A stretch of 64,000 bases of DNA from Rebecca billardiae RCC1528 (Eukaryota; Protista; Haptophyta): contig OZ251248.1 of the NCBI GenBank assembly GCA_965240325.2, positions 620,001 through 684,000 of the forward strand, given 5' to 3'. Below the pieces are notes generated by a model. It saw nothing but the letters and a program-made list of their open reading frames with translations. It had not been told where the DNA came from and ran no database searches. The translations under genes and the position numbers were made by a program. Positions 48,716 to 61,461 of the stretch are shown here, piece by piece (position 1 is the stretch's first letter; every line of letters starts with the position of its first letter).

Positions 48716-49311
48716 CACGAGCGAGGTGCCGCGCAAACGATTTTACGATGCCGTCGTCACACGGGTGCGCGCATGATTCACATTCGAGGGGTCACTGAGC
48801 TCCACGGTCAGTCCACGGAAGCGCGCCGGCGGCTTCTGCTGATTGACGATGACTGGCAACGTCCGGCCCCCGCGGCGGGAGGTCGGAGTGTAATCGCATA
48901 AGTATACCATAGCATCACATCATCGCGCGGCTGACGAGCCATGGACGTACGTCGTAGTACGGACTGTAGAGGTGCGCTGCCATCGACCGCCATACAGTTT
49001 ATATTTGCTGTTTTAACGTGATGCGTAAGGCTCATCACGGTGGCAGGTTGCCGCGCCATCCTTCATCGCACGCTCTCCGAAGAGAGACCTGGAACTCTCA
49101 ACTGCCGGGTTTGCGAACCGCCATTGACAGTCCTCAGCAGACGCAAGAGCACGCCAGTACTACAGTAGCTAGGCCGGATTCGCTGACACTTGTGACTTGA
49201 CAGTGACACTGACAGCCAGTGACAGCCTCGGTACTCACCGTGCTGCGCCGCGAATCCCTGCCCGCCGCTTTGACTTGTGGCGGAATAACCCGGCGCCCGG
49301 CACGCCTCTGT

Positions 49312-50676
49312 TCACAGCGCCGCGAGTCGGTGAATCCACGCCACGCGCTCCTCGGCCGCGTGCGCAGCCGCCTGCCTCGCGCGCCAGTACTTGGCTGCCG
49401 GCGCGTTCGGCGGCGGCGGGCCACCCGCGATGGCCGCGGCGGTCTCCCGCGCGCGCGCCTCTGCCTGGCGCAGCTCGGCTCCGAGGTCTCGCGCCTTGCG
49501 CCTGCGGACGGGCGCGCTCAGGCTGGCGAGGTCGGAGCCGTACTGCAGCGAGAACCACGTCTCCCACCCGTTCTGCGGCGCCTGCGAGAGCGTGACGATC
49601 ATCGCCAGTTCGCACGAGCCGTCGAGGCACGCGCCGAGCAGCTTGATGAAGGGCGTGGTACTCTGGCGCGGCGGCGCGTACGGCTCTCCGGCCCTGTGCT
49701 TCGCGGTGGCGGTGAGCACCTCGCGCCCGATCAGAAAGAGCTCGTAGTTGATCATGAGGGTCTGGTCGGACAGGCTGTGCGCGGGGACCGTGCCCGTCCG
49801 CTCCGCATTCCACAGCATCATCTCCACGCCGCCCGGCGTCGCGTCCTCCCTCACCTTGCCCGGACGCTCGGCGCCGGCGAGGTCGATGAGCGTGAAGCTC
49901 GTCTCGCACAGCTGGCCGGCGCGCACGCGCGCGAGCGAGAGCTGCAGCGCGCAGTGCGAGCGGCTCGAGCCAGCGTGCTCGGCGCGAGCCGCGTTCATGC
50001 TGGTGCTCCGCGTCGTGCGCGCCGCGCTCAGCGCCTCGATCGCGGGGAACACGTCGGCCACCTCCCGTATGGGCGTGCGCGTGTGGCCGATGAAGCGCAG
50101 CTGCTCGTCCATCGCGACGGGCGCCTTGCCGCCCGCCGACAGCAGGTCGGTGCAGCCCATGAAGTAAAACTCGAGCGCGGAGACGGTGAGCACGAACGCG
50201 TCGCCCTCCTCACGCATGCGCGCGAGCACAGCGTCGCACACGCGCGGGAACACGCCCCAGCCCGCCTCGTGCTGCGCCCTGAGCGCGCTCTCAAACCCAA
50301 AGATGGTGGTCGTCTTCCCCGTGCCCGTCTGCCCGTACGCGAGGAGCATGACGTCGCGGCCCTGCCACTCGGCGAAGCGCTCGACGAGGGGTCCCACCGC
50401 GCTCCCGTACACGTCCGCCTGCGTGCACTCCGGCCCGAAGACGCGGGTCGGGAAGGCGTACTTGGCGGAGCCCTTGCTGAACATGTACGCGGTCGAGAGC
50501 GTCACGGACGCGTCGTCCCACGCCTCGAGGCCCTTGGCGACCGGCTCGCCATCCTGGTCGTGGCCGCCACCGTCGCGCACCTCGGGGCGGATGCGCACGT
50601 ACACCTTGGAGGAGGAGAGGGCGGCGGCGCTCCCCCGCAGCGAGCTTGAGCGGGAGCGCGCCCGGGGTGGTGCCAT
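49312..50676 (-). CDS. Divergent kinesin motor-domain protein, intronless
   Basis: VYVRIRP, YGQTGTGKT (P-loop), SSRSH (switch I), LIDLAGAE (switch II variant); short C-terminal helical tail. Confidence 0.9.
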   Translation of the reverse strand: MAPPRARSRSSSLRGSAAALSSSKVYVRIRPEVRDGGGHDQDGEPVAKGLEAWDDASVTLSTAYMFSKGSAKYAFPTRVFGPECTQADVYGSAVGPLVERFAEWQGRDVMLLAYGQTGTGKTTTIFGFESALRAQHEAGWGVFPRVCDAVLARMREEGDAFVLTVSALEFYFMGCTDLLSAGGKAPVAMDEQLRFIGHTRTPIREVADVFPAIEALSAARTTRSTSMNAARAEHAGSSRSHCALQLSLARVRAGQLCETSFTLIDLAGAERPGKVREDATPGGVEMMLWNAERTGTVPAHSLSDQTLMINYELFLIGREVLTATAKHRAGEPYAPPRQSTTPFIKLLGACLDGSCELAMIVTLSQAPQNGWETWFSLQYGSDLASLSAPVRRRKARDLGAELRQAEARARETAAAIAGGPPPPNAPAAKYWRARQAAAHAAEERVAWIHRLAAL

Positions 50677-51588
50677 GACTGATGGCCCCGTCCCCTCGGC
50701 GCGACGGGACGTTCACACTACAGCGAACGTCCCGCGCCGTGGACGGGCGTTCGTCGTCGGGACGACCGGATCGAAAGACGAAGTAGTGCTGCACTGCAAG
50801 CAGACGCTGGCGATGCACACCCGCCGTCACACCGCCGCCGGCCCGGGCGGTGCGGAGACGCGATCATCGAGTGATATGTACCGTGCACTAGCTGACACAG
50901 TATGAGTAGCTAAGCAGCTAGATAGCGTGCATGACGCATTGTAAGCAGTATATATTCGGACGCTTGATGTAACTATTGTAAGTTGTATCCCGGCCCCGGG
51001 GCAGGTCCCACTGACCGGTAGTCTGAATTCAGCGGTCGATCTGATCGTCGTCGCTTCATCGTCGGCCGTTCCGTAATGGCGCGTAATGCTGCTCACGCCG
51101 CCGGCGATGAGTCGCTGGTAACACATACTACTGCCTGAGTACTCGATGACGCCGCGCGCGTGCGCGTGGCTCGGGAGCCCGGCCGTCGGGCTCGCGCAGG
51201 CGGGTCGATGATCATGAATGATCGCCGGCTGGCCGCCCAAGTCGGCTGCCTGCGTCTTGCGCCGCTCGCCGTGGCAAGCGGCGCTGCCGAACCGTCGCGC
51301 CAGACAGCCAGTGCTCATGCTGTGCCTGGCCCGGCGCGGGTCCACGACGTGTCACTCGCCTGCTCGCGCAGAGCAGCATATCCCTCCCTGAGCATGCGAC
51401 GATTTCGGAAAAGCCACGACGACTGCCTCGAGGAGCGCGCAGCCAGCGCGCCCTGCCGCGCACGTGCGCGCAACCGCGCCCGTCGCCTGCCAGCATCTCG
51501 CGTGCGGCGAGCCTGCCGCGAATCGTCGCAGCGTGGCCGGGCAGTGCGGCCCTGGTGCCGCCTGCCTGTGCGGCGGCGGGCACGGCCC

Positions 51589-52370
51589 TCACGTGTAGGT
51601 CGCGCGCGGCGGCGCGGGCGCCGCTGTGGGCACGCCGTTGGGCGCCTGCCCGTTGGCGCCCGCAGGCATGCCACCGGCCTGCATCTTGCGCCGGTGCTCC
51701 TCGAGTTCCCTTCGCTGCTGCTCCTGGTACTCGATCTCCTCGGAGTAGCTGCGCACTCGCCTGCTCTCCGTGGTGGCGCGGCCTGCGCGCGCGCGCGTCG
51801 GCCGTGGCGCCGCGGTGGCGGAGGCGGTCAGCCGACGCTCGTGCGCGCGTGCGCGCCGTCGGCGCACGACGCGTGTGCGCGCACCGATTGCGGCCACCCA
51901 TTCGTTGCGCTCCTTGTCGTTCCCGCACGTGAAGTAGAAGTTGCGGTCCGGCACCTGGACTGCGAGGTCGGCCACGCGGCCACGCGGCGAGCGAGCGCGC
52001 GTGAGCACGTCGGCCGGCGGTGGGCGGAACCGCGGCCGCGTGCGCGGAGCTTACCGGTGAACGAGTAAGGCTTGTTGGTGATGTCGTCGGCGGACTTGAC
52101 GGTGCCGCAGGCTTTGAGCTCGACCACCTGCGCCGCGAGCGGGCGCACGCACGCCCAATCCCGCCAGTGAGCGGCGGCGGCGCGCCCGCCGCTGCCCGCG
52201 CTCGCGACGCGCACCTCTGTGGGGTCCGTGTACGACCGATCCTTTTTGAAGGTGTACAGGTGCGTGCGCGTGAGGACAAGCCACCGCTTGCGGTACTGGC
52301 GGATGATCGCGCTCTCCTTGAGGACGAAGCCCTCTTTCCTGATCTCGCCCAGGTCGAGGGCGGCTGCCAT
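51589..52370 (-). CDS. Small PH-domain protein, 4 exons
   Basis: Introns 52128-52214, 51960-52054, 51783-51884. KEGFVLKESAIIRQYRKRWLVL...FYFTC...ERNEWVAAI; the basic K-xn-(K/R)-x-R motif is typical of phosphoinositide-binding PH domains. Confidence 0.9.
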
Positions 52371-53128
52371 GGTGGTGCCGCCCTGCTCGGGGCTCCCGTC
52401 GGTCCGAGTTGAGCTGCGGGGAGATACTTGCAGCTGGGACACTCGGCCAGCCTGGCGTCGTCGCTCACTGCCCCTCCGCGCCAATCGCAGCCTCGCGGGC
52501 GGGCCGCCTTATTATTGATGGCACTTTTTGAGGCACGAGTCATAGGATCTTGGCGCGATCTCACCAAGCCAATCAATATTTTGGGCGGGTGACCCACCAG
52601 AAAGGCACAGCTGACACTGACACTATCAAGGCTCAGCATGAGCAGTGCCGTTCGCTGCCGTGAGCCGTCTGACTCTGAGTCTCGGGCCGCCGAACTCCCA
52701 GAGGAGGGGCAGCCACCAGCGCCGCGGTGACCCGGCAGCCACGCCGGCCGCCGAGCCGCGGGTGCAGCCAGCGAGCGCGGCCACCCGAGACGCGGCATCG
52801 CTTGCCGAGCTGCTGACTCAGTGACTGACTCGGCCAGCCGGCGGCGGATCCGCGCCCGCGCCCGGCCCCGCAGCAGGCCAAATCCGGGCCCGTGGCTCAG
52901 CTTGACGACCGGAAAACCTCCAGGCAGCCGGACCCTGGCTGCCAGCCCGCCCTCGTGAGGCTATCTGCCAGCAGGCCCGGGACAAAAACCGAGGCCGAGG
53001 GTCGCTGCCGCTGACGCGTCCGCCCCATCAGCCGCCAGCGCACCCGAGCCGCAGCGATCCAGCCAACGCCGGCTCCCCCGCGCCAGCCTGCGCCCCGAGC
53101 TCCCGGCTGCTGGCTGTGCTGCCGCCGC

Positions 53129-53173
<45 letters not shown>

Positions 53174-54057
53174 GCCCCCCCCAAACGAGGGCATCTGCAT
53201 CGCCATCTTGGGGCCCTTCCCCTTGGCAAACATCGCCGACACCGCCGCGGCGCCGCGCGCCGACGCGCCCGCCGCGCGCTGCGCCGCCCCCGCCTCCGCG
53301 TGCTGCGGCTGCCCCTCGTGCTGCTGCCCGCCCACCAGGCTCGTCGCGCTCAGGTCCCGCAGCTCGGCCAGCTCCGCGCGCAGCGCCGCCTCGTGCGCCT
53401 CGCGCTGCAGCAGCGCGTCCCGCAGCGCCACCACCTCCTCCGCGGACGCGGCGCGCTCGGCGCGCAGCAAGGCCAGCTCCTCTGCGAGGCGCGCGGCCTC
53501 GCCCGCGCCCCCCGCCTCTTGCGCTGCGCGCGCGGCGCGGCGCGGTCGGGCGCGCCGTGCGGCGCACGCGCTGAGCGAGGGTGCCGGCCGCGCGCAGGGC
53601 GCGCCACGCCGCGCGCGCGCGCACCCGCCCTGCACTGCGCGCGCAGCTCGTCCACGGCCGCGCGCGCGGCGTCGCGCTCGGCGGTGGCCTGCGGCGCGCG
53701 CACGGGCGCGCGGCGAGATCGCGCGCACGCCGCGCCCCTCAGCGCAACGCCGCGAGGCGGCGCCGCCCGCGCCCGCGCGCGCCGCGCCCGCCCGCACCTG
53801 CGCCAGCGCCGAGCTCGCCTCCGCCAGCTGCTGCGCCAGCGCGCCTCGCTCCTCCGCCCAGCGCGCAGCGTCCGCGCGCGCGGCGCGCAGCTCAGCACTC
53901 GCCGCGCCGTCGGCGGGCGCGCTCGGCGCGGCGTCGGCCGGCGCGGTGGCGGCCGGTGCGCGCGGCCGGCCCAGGCCGGGCAGCCGTGGCAGCCGGCCCA
54001 CGCCGCCCTCGCGCGGCGGCGCGCCACCGTCGGCCGCGGGCGCGCGCTCGGCGGGCA

Positions 54058-54093
<36 letters not shown>

Positions 54094-56017
54094 CGCCGCC
54101 GCCGCCGTCTGCGAGCCGCTGCTGCGCTGTGTTGAGCGCGGCGCCCAGGGCGGCCTTGTCCTCGCACAGCGCGCGCGCGGCGGCCTCAGCGGCGACGAGC
54201 TCGGCGCGCAGGCACGCGAGCACGGCCTCGAGCCGCGCGCGCGCCGCGCCCTCCGCCCGCGCCGCCTCCGCCTCCGCCGCGCTCCGCGCGCGCTCCGCCT
54301 CGGCCGCGGCCTGCTGCGTAAGCGCACCCACCTCCGCGCGCAGCCGCTGCGCCTGCGCGCGCACGCTGTCGTGCTCGCGCGCGTGCGCCTCCTCCAGCGA
54401 GGCGAGCCGCGCGCGCTCGGCGTTGAGCTCGGCGCTCAGCGACGCGACCACCGCCACCGCCTCCGCCTCAGCGCTGCGCGCCGCCTCGCGCGCCGCCGCC
54501 GCCGCCGCGTCCGCGCCCGGCGCCGCCGCCGCCGCGGGCGCGGCCGACGGCGGCAGCGCAGCCGCAGGCGCCGCGCTCGCCGCGCTCGCCGCGCCCGCCG
54601 CGCCCGCCGCGCCCGCCGCGCTCGCCGCCAGCTCGCGCGCCGCCGCCAGCTCGGCCGCCGTCGCGTCCGCGCGCGCTCGCGCGGCGGCCGCCTCTGCGGC
54701 CGCGTCCGCGGCCGCGCGCTTGGCCGCGCCCGCCTCCACGGCCGCGCTCGAGGCGCGCTCGCGCGCGGACGCGACGTCGGCCTCGAGCGCGGAGGCGCGC
54801 TGGCGCGCGGAGGCGAGGTCCGCCTCGAGCGCGCGCGCGCGCTCGCGCGCGGCGCCCACGTCGGCCTCGAGCGCCGCCGCGCGCTCGGCCGCGGCCGCGG
54901 CCGCGCTCGCGGCCGCCTCGTCCGCGCCCGAGGCGGCGTGCTCGGCGGCGACGGCGCGGTGGCGCTGCGCGGCGAGGGCGGCCTCGGCGACGTGGAGCTT
55001 GGAGGCGACGCCCTGCGCCTCGCGCGCCACGTCGGCGTGCTTCGCCGCCGCCGCCGCCGCCGCCTCCTCCGCCGCGCGCGCCGCGCCGCGCGCCGCCTCC
55101 AGCTCGGAGCGCGCGGCGTGCAGGCTGGCGCGCGCGCCCGCCGCCTCGTCTGCGGCCGAGCCGGCGCGCGCGGCGGCGGCCGCGCACGCGTCGCGCGCCT
55201 CGGCCTCGCGCGCCTCGGCGTCGGTCAGCGCGCCGCGCAGCGCGGCCGCGGCGCACGCCTCCGCGCCCAGCGCGCGCGCGCCCTCCTCGAGCCTCGCCTC
55301 GAGCTGCTGCGCGGCCGCGCGCGCCGCGTCCGACTCGGCGCGCGCCTCGGCGAGCCGCGCGGTCGCGTCGGCGAGCTCGGCGCTGGTGGACTGCGCGGAG
55401 GTCAGCTCGCCGCTGCGCGCGCTGCGCTCGCGCTCGAGGTCCGCCTCGCGCGCCTCCAGCGCCGCGCGCAGCTCGGCGAGCTTCGCCTTGGCCTCGTCGC
55501 GCTCCGCGTCGCGCGCGCCGCGCTGGCTCGCCCACGTCTGCTGGACGTTGGCGAGGAGGGCCTGCATCTCGCTGCTCTCGGTCTCGTGCGCGCGCACGGC
55601 GGCGGCGAACGCTGTCTCCACCTCGCCCAGCTCGCCGCCGAGCACGCGGCTCGCGAGCGCGCCGTCCGCGCGCGCCGTGGCGAGCGCGGCCTCGCGCTCG
55701 GCCGCGTCGCTCGTGCGCGCCTCGCGCAGCGAGGCGAGGTCGCGGTTGCGCGCCTCGAGGTCGGCGACGACCTGCTCGAACGCATGCTGCAGCGCGCCCA
55801 GCTGCTCCTTCTGGATCGCGCGCTCCTTGTTGCTCCGCGGCGTGAGCGCATGCATCGCGGCCGCCGACGCGCTGCCGACCCGTCTCAAGCCATCCCGACG
55901 CGATCGGCAGGATGGCGTCTGCGGAGGCGAGAAAATCGAAATCTCAAATCGCTCGTCAGGAAGAAAACGTTCGGACCCGCGGCCAACGCGCTCCGCGACA
56001 TCCTCCATTAACTCCAT
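53129..56017 (-). CDS. Long Ala/Glu/Arg-rich coiled-coil protein with C-terminal polyQ, 3 exons
   Basis: Heptad-rich translation; introns 53689-53797 and 53524-53624 restore frame. Confidence 0.75.
53132..53170 (-). repeat. (CAG)n run encoding the C-terminal polyglutamine
   Basis: CTG repeats on the + strand directly adjacent to the stop codon. Confidence 0.9.
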
Positions 56018-56153
56018 TCAGTACTTCGACAGACGAATCAGGAGAGCTGCGCCCTCGTGCCTGTGTCTTTAAATCATAGAATTGGTCCGTTTGGGACTTT
56101 GGGTCGTTACCGCTCGTGAGTCGTGCCCTTTGTGCGCGCGCGCCAACAGCAGG

Positions 56154-58920
56154 ATGGCGGAGCCTCCCGAGCAGCCCGCGGCGTCGGAGCCGCCGAAGCG
56201 CGGCTCGGTGGCGGGGCGGATCGGCTGGAGCGCGGTGCGCACGCTGCGCGAAGGGCGGACCGCGATCGACGACGGCCTCCCGTCCGCGGAGAAGCTGCTG
56301 GCGCGCGCGTTCGTCCCGACGGCCGACGCGTTCCCCGCGCCGCCGCCGCGGCCGGGCACGGCGCCGCCCGAGCTCGCGGAGGAGGCGGCGGCGGTGCGCG
56401 TGCGCAACCTGCTCGCGGACTGGCAGGCGCGGTACAGCTCGGAGGCGCACTCCTTCGCCTCGCTCTCCGCGTACAAGGAGCACAAGATGCGCCAGGCCTT
56501 TGTGATCACCGGCGCGCTCGGGCTGCCCAACCGGTACCGCACGGCCGTCACCGTCGACTGCTTCGACAAGTCGGCGTCGATCTTCGGGCGGTACGCCGGC
56601 GTGCTCGAGGAGCTGCGCACCGAGCTGCTCCGCTCGATCTACGCCGACTGGGACGACGCGGCCGACGCCGCGCTCCGCCGCGAGGGCGCGCTCGCGTACG
56701 CGTCCAAGACGCCCTTCTACGCGCTCGCCACGCAGCTCGCGCGCGAGAAGGCCGAGCTGGCGCACAAGCTGCTCGAGCTGCAGCGCACGGGCGCGCAGCG
56801 GCGGCAGCGCCGCGTGGAGCGGATCGTCGACGACTCGCTCGCCGCCTTCCGCAAGGCGCTGCAGGCCTCCGCCGCGCTCGACCTCGACGTGGCCGACGAG
56901 CTGCGCGCGAGCGGCGGCGGCGGCGGCGGCGGCGCGGCGCCGAGCGGCGGCGCCGCCGCGCGCCGCGGCAGCCGCGGCAGCGACAGCGGCGTCTCGGCGG
57001 GCGGCGGCGGCGCGGCGGCGGCGGAGGCGGCGGCGGCACGCGTGGAGCAGCTCGCCGCGCAGGCCAAGGCCATCATCGAAGAGATGCACGCCAAGCTCGC
57101 CGAGGCGGAGGCGGCGGACGCGGCGGTGCCGATCGCGTCGCGCGCCGTGCTCGCCTTCAAGCAGCTCGAGCCTCGAGAGCAGCCCGCGCTGCTCGCCTCG
57201 CTGCTGCGCTCGTTCGGCGCGCAGGCGCTGGCGCACCTCTCGTCGGCGGAGCGCGTGCAGCTCGTCGCCGAGCTCCTCGCGCTCCTCGCGCCCGACCAGC
57301 TCGTCGCCGCCGTCTTCGAGGCGGCGGAGGCGTCGGGCCGCGCCTCGCGCGTCGAGTTCCTTGCTCGCTTCCTGCCGTGCGTGGCAGATGCAGAGCTCGC
57401 GGCGGCGCGCGCGCGCGCGGCGGAGCTGGCGCAGGCGGGCGGCGCGGCGGGGCGCAGGGCGCCGGGGGCCGGGCCGCCCATCCTCGGCGGCGCGCGCTTC
57501 GGCCCGCTGCGCCGCCCCACGTTTGCCGGCCAGTACGAGCCTGCGCACGCGCCCGCGCACGCGCCCGCGCACGCGCACGCGCACGCGCACGCGCACGCGC
57601 ACGCGCACGCGCACGCGCACGCGCACGCGCACGCGCACGCCGCCAACGCCGACGCCGACGCCGCTCCGGTGGCGAGCGGCGCGGCCGCGCCAGCGGGCGC
57701 GCCGCACCTCGCCGGCGCGCCCGCCGGGTCCGCCACTTCCGCCGCCGCCGCCGCGCCCGCCGCCGCGCCCGCCGCGCCGCCGCCCACCGCCGCGCCGCCG
57801 GCCGCGCCGCCGGCCGCTGGCGCGCCGTCCACGCCGCTGGCGTTTGCGCGCGCACTCGGCGGCTGGGGCGACGGCGCTCGGCTCGAGCTGTGGCGCCACC
57901 TGCTGGCACAGGGGCTGACGCTCGAGGAGGTGGCGCTGCTCCGCGGCGCGCTGGGCGGCGGTGCCGAGCCGGGCGCCGAGCCCGACGGCCACGCCGCCGC
58001 CCAGCCGGAGTCCGACGAGGACGAGGCCGCTGAGGCCGCTGAGCGCGCTGAGCGCGCCGCTGGCGCGTGGGCGCTGCGCGCGCCATTCCCGCGCCCGCCC
58101 GAGCAGGCGGTGATGCGCGCGCTCGGCGGCGCGGAGGCGCACGCGCCGCCGGCGCGCGCGCTGGCGATGTTGCAGCGCGAGCACGCGCACGTGGTGCACC
58201 AGCTGCGGCAGGCGCGCGCGCACATCGCCGCCCTCGAGGCGAGCGGCGCGCGCGCGGCCGAGGCGGAGGCGCCGCCGCCCGAGCAGCGCTCGCCCGCGCG
58301 CGGCGCCGCAGCCGTCGCCGCCGCGGCGGCGCCGCAGCCGACGCTGCCGCCGCCGGGCGTGGGCGCGCAGCCCTCGCCGCGCGCGCAGCCCTCGCCGCGC
58401 GTGCGCGTGGGCGCGTCCGCCACCGCCGCCACCGCCGCCGCCGGCCTCGGCAGCCGTGGCACGAGCCGGCCGCCCACGCAGCCGCCCACGCAGCCGCCCA
58501 CGCAGCCGCCCAGCCACGCCGCCAGCCGGCCGCAGAGCGCCGCCGCGCAAGGGGCCGCCGAGCCGTGGCGCGGCGGCGGCGGCCTCGAAGGCCTGCACGC
58601 GATGCTGCGCGCGCCGCCGCTCGCGCTGCAGGAGAGGACAGGCGCGGAGGAGCAGCCACGTGCGCGCACACGGCACCGCGCCGCAGCGCGCGCCCGCGGC
58701 CACGCGCGCACAGCGCGGCACCGCAGCGCTCACGCGCGCCGCCCAACGCGCCGTGCCGCACGCGCGCGCGTGCGCGCGCAGTGAAGGCGACGCTGGAGCG
58801 CATCGCGGACATCCTCGTCTTCGCCATCGAGCAGCTCGCCGCGCAGGAGGCGGGCACGGCGGCGGGCGGCGCGGCCGACGGCGGCGTCGCCGCGCGCGGG
58901 CTTGACGCGTCCACACTGCT

Positions 58921-58952
<32 letters not shown>

Positions 58953-60191
58953 GTGCTGCCGCCTCGGCGGCGTCCTCCGCCGAGCCGCTGCCGCGCGATC
59001 TCTTTCTGCGCTTCGTGTGGGAGTACTTCCTCGTGCAGTATGTGCGTGGGGCGTGGCGCGGTGCGCGGTGCGCGGCACGCGTCGCACGGCGCGCGCCTCG
59101 GCTCACCTCCGCACCGCGCACCGCACCGCACCGCGCGCCGCCGCGCGCCCTCCGCCCCTCGTGCACACGCGCCGCGCGCTGCCGGTCCGCAGGGCGTGCG
59201 CTCGATCGCGCGCAAGCAGCTGTCGCAGCTGCTGCTCAACCTCAAGCTGCACGCGCTGGACAACCGGCGCGTGCGCACCTTCTGCCGGCTGCTCGGGGCC
59301 ACGCACGGCGGGCCGGGCGGCAGCGCGCGCGCCGCGCCCACGAGCGAGGCGCTCTTCTATTTGCACTGGCTGCCCGCCATTGTGGGCTCGGACAGGCTGC
59401 ACTTTGCGCTCGACGGCGAGCGGTGCCATGTGCCCGTGCTCGACGTGGCGCGCGCGGCGAACGCGCTCGTGCTGCCCGCCGCGCTGGGCGCGACCGTCTC
59501 CGAGGCCGTCGACGCGGTGCTCGCCGACCCGCACCGCGGCATCACGCACAAGCTCGACCTGGACGACTTCCTCGAGTACGTATGCGGCCTGTGGGCGCGC
59601 GCGGACGAGGAGAACCGGGGCGCGCTGCTGGAGCGGTGGCGCGCCGCGGACGCGAACGGCGACGGCGTGCTCACCGTGCACTCCTTCGTCGCGCTCGTGC
59701 ACGCCATCGAGCCCACCGTCTCCGCGCGCGCCGCGCTCGCCATCTACCACGAGGCGGCGGCCGAGTCTGCGCACCTGCTGCACGACGCCGAGTCGGACGC
59801 GTTTGCGCCTGAGGCCTTCCTGCACGCGGTGGCGGCGCGCGGGCTGCGCGTCGCCGAGACGGAGGCGTCGGCGGCCGAGGGCGAGGAGGGCGGCGCGGCC
59901 GACGGCCCGGCGGACGGCGTGCCGGGCGCGGCGCACTCGAGGGCCAGCGCCGCGCGCAGGACGAGCAAGCTCAGCCGCGCCGCGATCGGCACCGCCGCCT
60001 CCGCCTATGCCGCGGGCGAGGCGCTCGGCGCGCCGCCGAGCGGCGCGGGCGGGGCAGGCGGCACGCCCAGCCGGCGCTCGAGCGCCCTGGCCGCGGGCCC
60101 GGGCGGGGCCGCCGCCCACGACCGTCGACGCTCGAGCGCCCTGACTTCATCGGGCTCGGGCGCGGGTGCTGCGCCACACGGCCGCCGGTAG
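56154..60191 (+). CDS. EF-hand-containing protein, possibly TSNAXIP1-like ciliary protein, at least 3 exons
   Basis: Exons 56154-58659, 58782-59041, 59193-60191. Helical blocks IFGRYAGVLEELRTELLRSIY and FVWEYFLVQYGVRSIARKQLSQLL...RVRTFCRLL; EF-hand loop DANGDGVLTVHSF. Family assignment is tentative. Confidence 0.65.
57545..57640 (+). repeat. (GCACGC)n hexamer repeat (His-Ala run, or an unrecognised intron)
   Basis: Read directly. Confidence 0.9.
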
Positions 60192-61461
60192 GCGTAAGGC
60201 GTAGCTGCGCACCGGCGGAAGCAAGCTCTGGGCAGTTTCACCGGCGACCGGACGGATACGAGCCACACCCACGAGTACTCGGATGAGGCGCCTGCCCGCG
60301 GGCCCCGGGCACGGGGCGACTCTCAGCCCGGCCCGCCCGGCTGTCAAGTCGTGCGAGCTAGGGCGGTCCTCGCCCGAGGTCCCCTAATAGACCCACCGCC
60401 TCTTCTAATGCGGCCCTGTACTACAGGAACGGCCGGCGGGTCGCTCTGCAACTCACCGCCAACAGAATAAAGGACAGTGGCCGACCCTGGTCAATCTGGC
60501 CGTGAGGTCGCGCCCCTCTCGCGGGCTCTGGTGCGCAAACGCTTTATTCGTCGTCAAATTATTGTCACTACTGCGGCCCGGCCGAGCCGAGTAGCCATTG
60601 GCGCTCCGTGCACCTTAATATATATATATATAAAGTCTAATATATATATATATATATAATAATAAAGGCATCGATCCCCAGCCGCATGTTAGTTGGCATG
60701 TTGCCACTCGACTCGGACACCGGGAGTACACCTCGTCTTGCCTCGCGCGGAGCCTCAGACGCCCGGAGCCAACTTGTGGTGTGCGGGAGCCACCCGAAGC
60801 ACACTCTGGCCCGCTCTGGGCCGTGTAGCGAGTAGCGACACGCGTGGCAGGTCAACAGTGCATCGCGACGGCGTCGCACGCGCAATCCGCCGCTGAATAC
60901 ATATACTCATGTCTGCCTCATGGCACGTCATGCACCGCCGTGTGCTCCGAGCCGATGCACTCCCGACTCGCGACGCGCCGCGCGCAGCACAGCCTGTGCT
61001 TCGGGTAGTCACTCCCGCCAAGTTCGGGCTCCGCACGCGGAAAGCATGACTCTCGACCGACGGTACAGCAGCAGCACGCACGGCGTACGTTACTTAACGG
61101 ATAACCGACAGTGACACTGATGGCACGGCCCGCGCCGCCCCCATGATAACTTCGATATGTATATATAGTAAATATAAAGTTCGATGACTGCGCGCGGCTG
61201 AGCACGGAGTCATCGGATAGCAGCCGCGCTTTTAGTTTATAATATATAATTATTATTATATTAATAATGTGTAATATATATATATATATATCGGTATTTA
61301 AGAACACCACGACCCGACTGTGGCGTACAGTCATAAGTTATCTATTTCAGGCAACCGTGCGCGCGCGCATCAGTCAGTCAGTCAGGCGTGCCGGGCCGTG
61401 GCGTACAACATCAGGGACCGCATCCATGCGGGCCCACGCCTCCCGCGAAGGACCAAGGCGC

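Noticed and set aside
4900-52214. Apparent excess of 3n-length introns (about 13 of 28 by my count)
   Set aside because: The sample is small, several contain stops, and read-through is expected in GC-rich introns. Not distinguishable from chance.
53172-59166. Multiple overlapping 600-1000-aa ORFs on both strands
   Set aside because: Shadow frames of Ala/Glu-rich genes with no protein-like composition.
60610-61300. TA-rich tracts flanking ~500 bp as another family element
   Set aside because: The GTGG-hairpin terminus was not found on either strand, and similarity to the B repeat is negligible.
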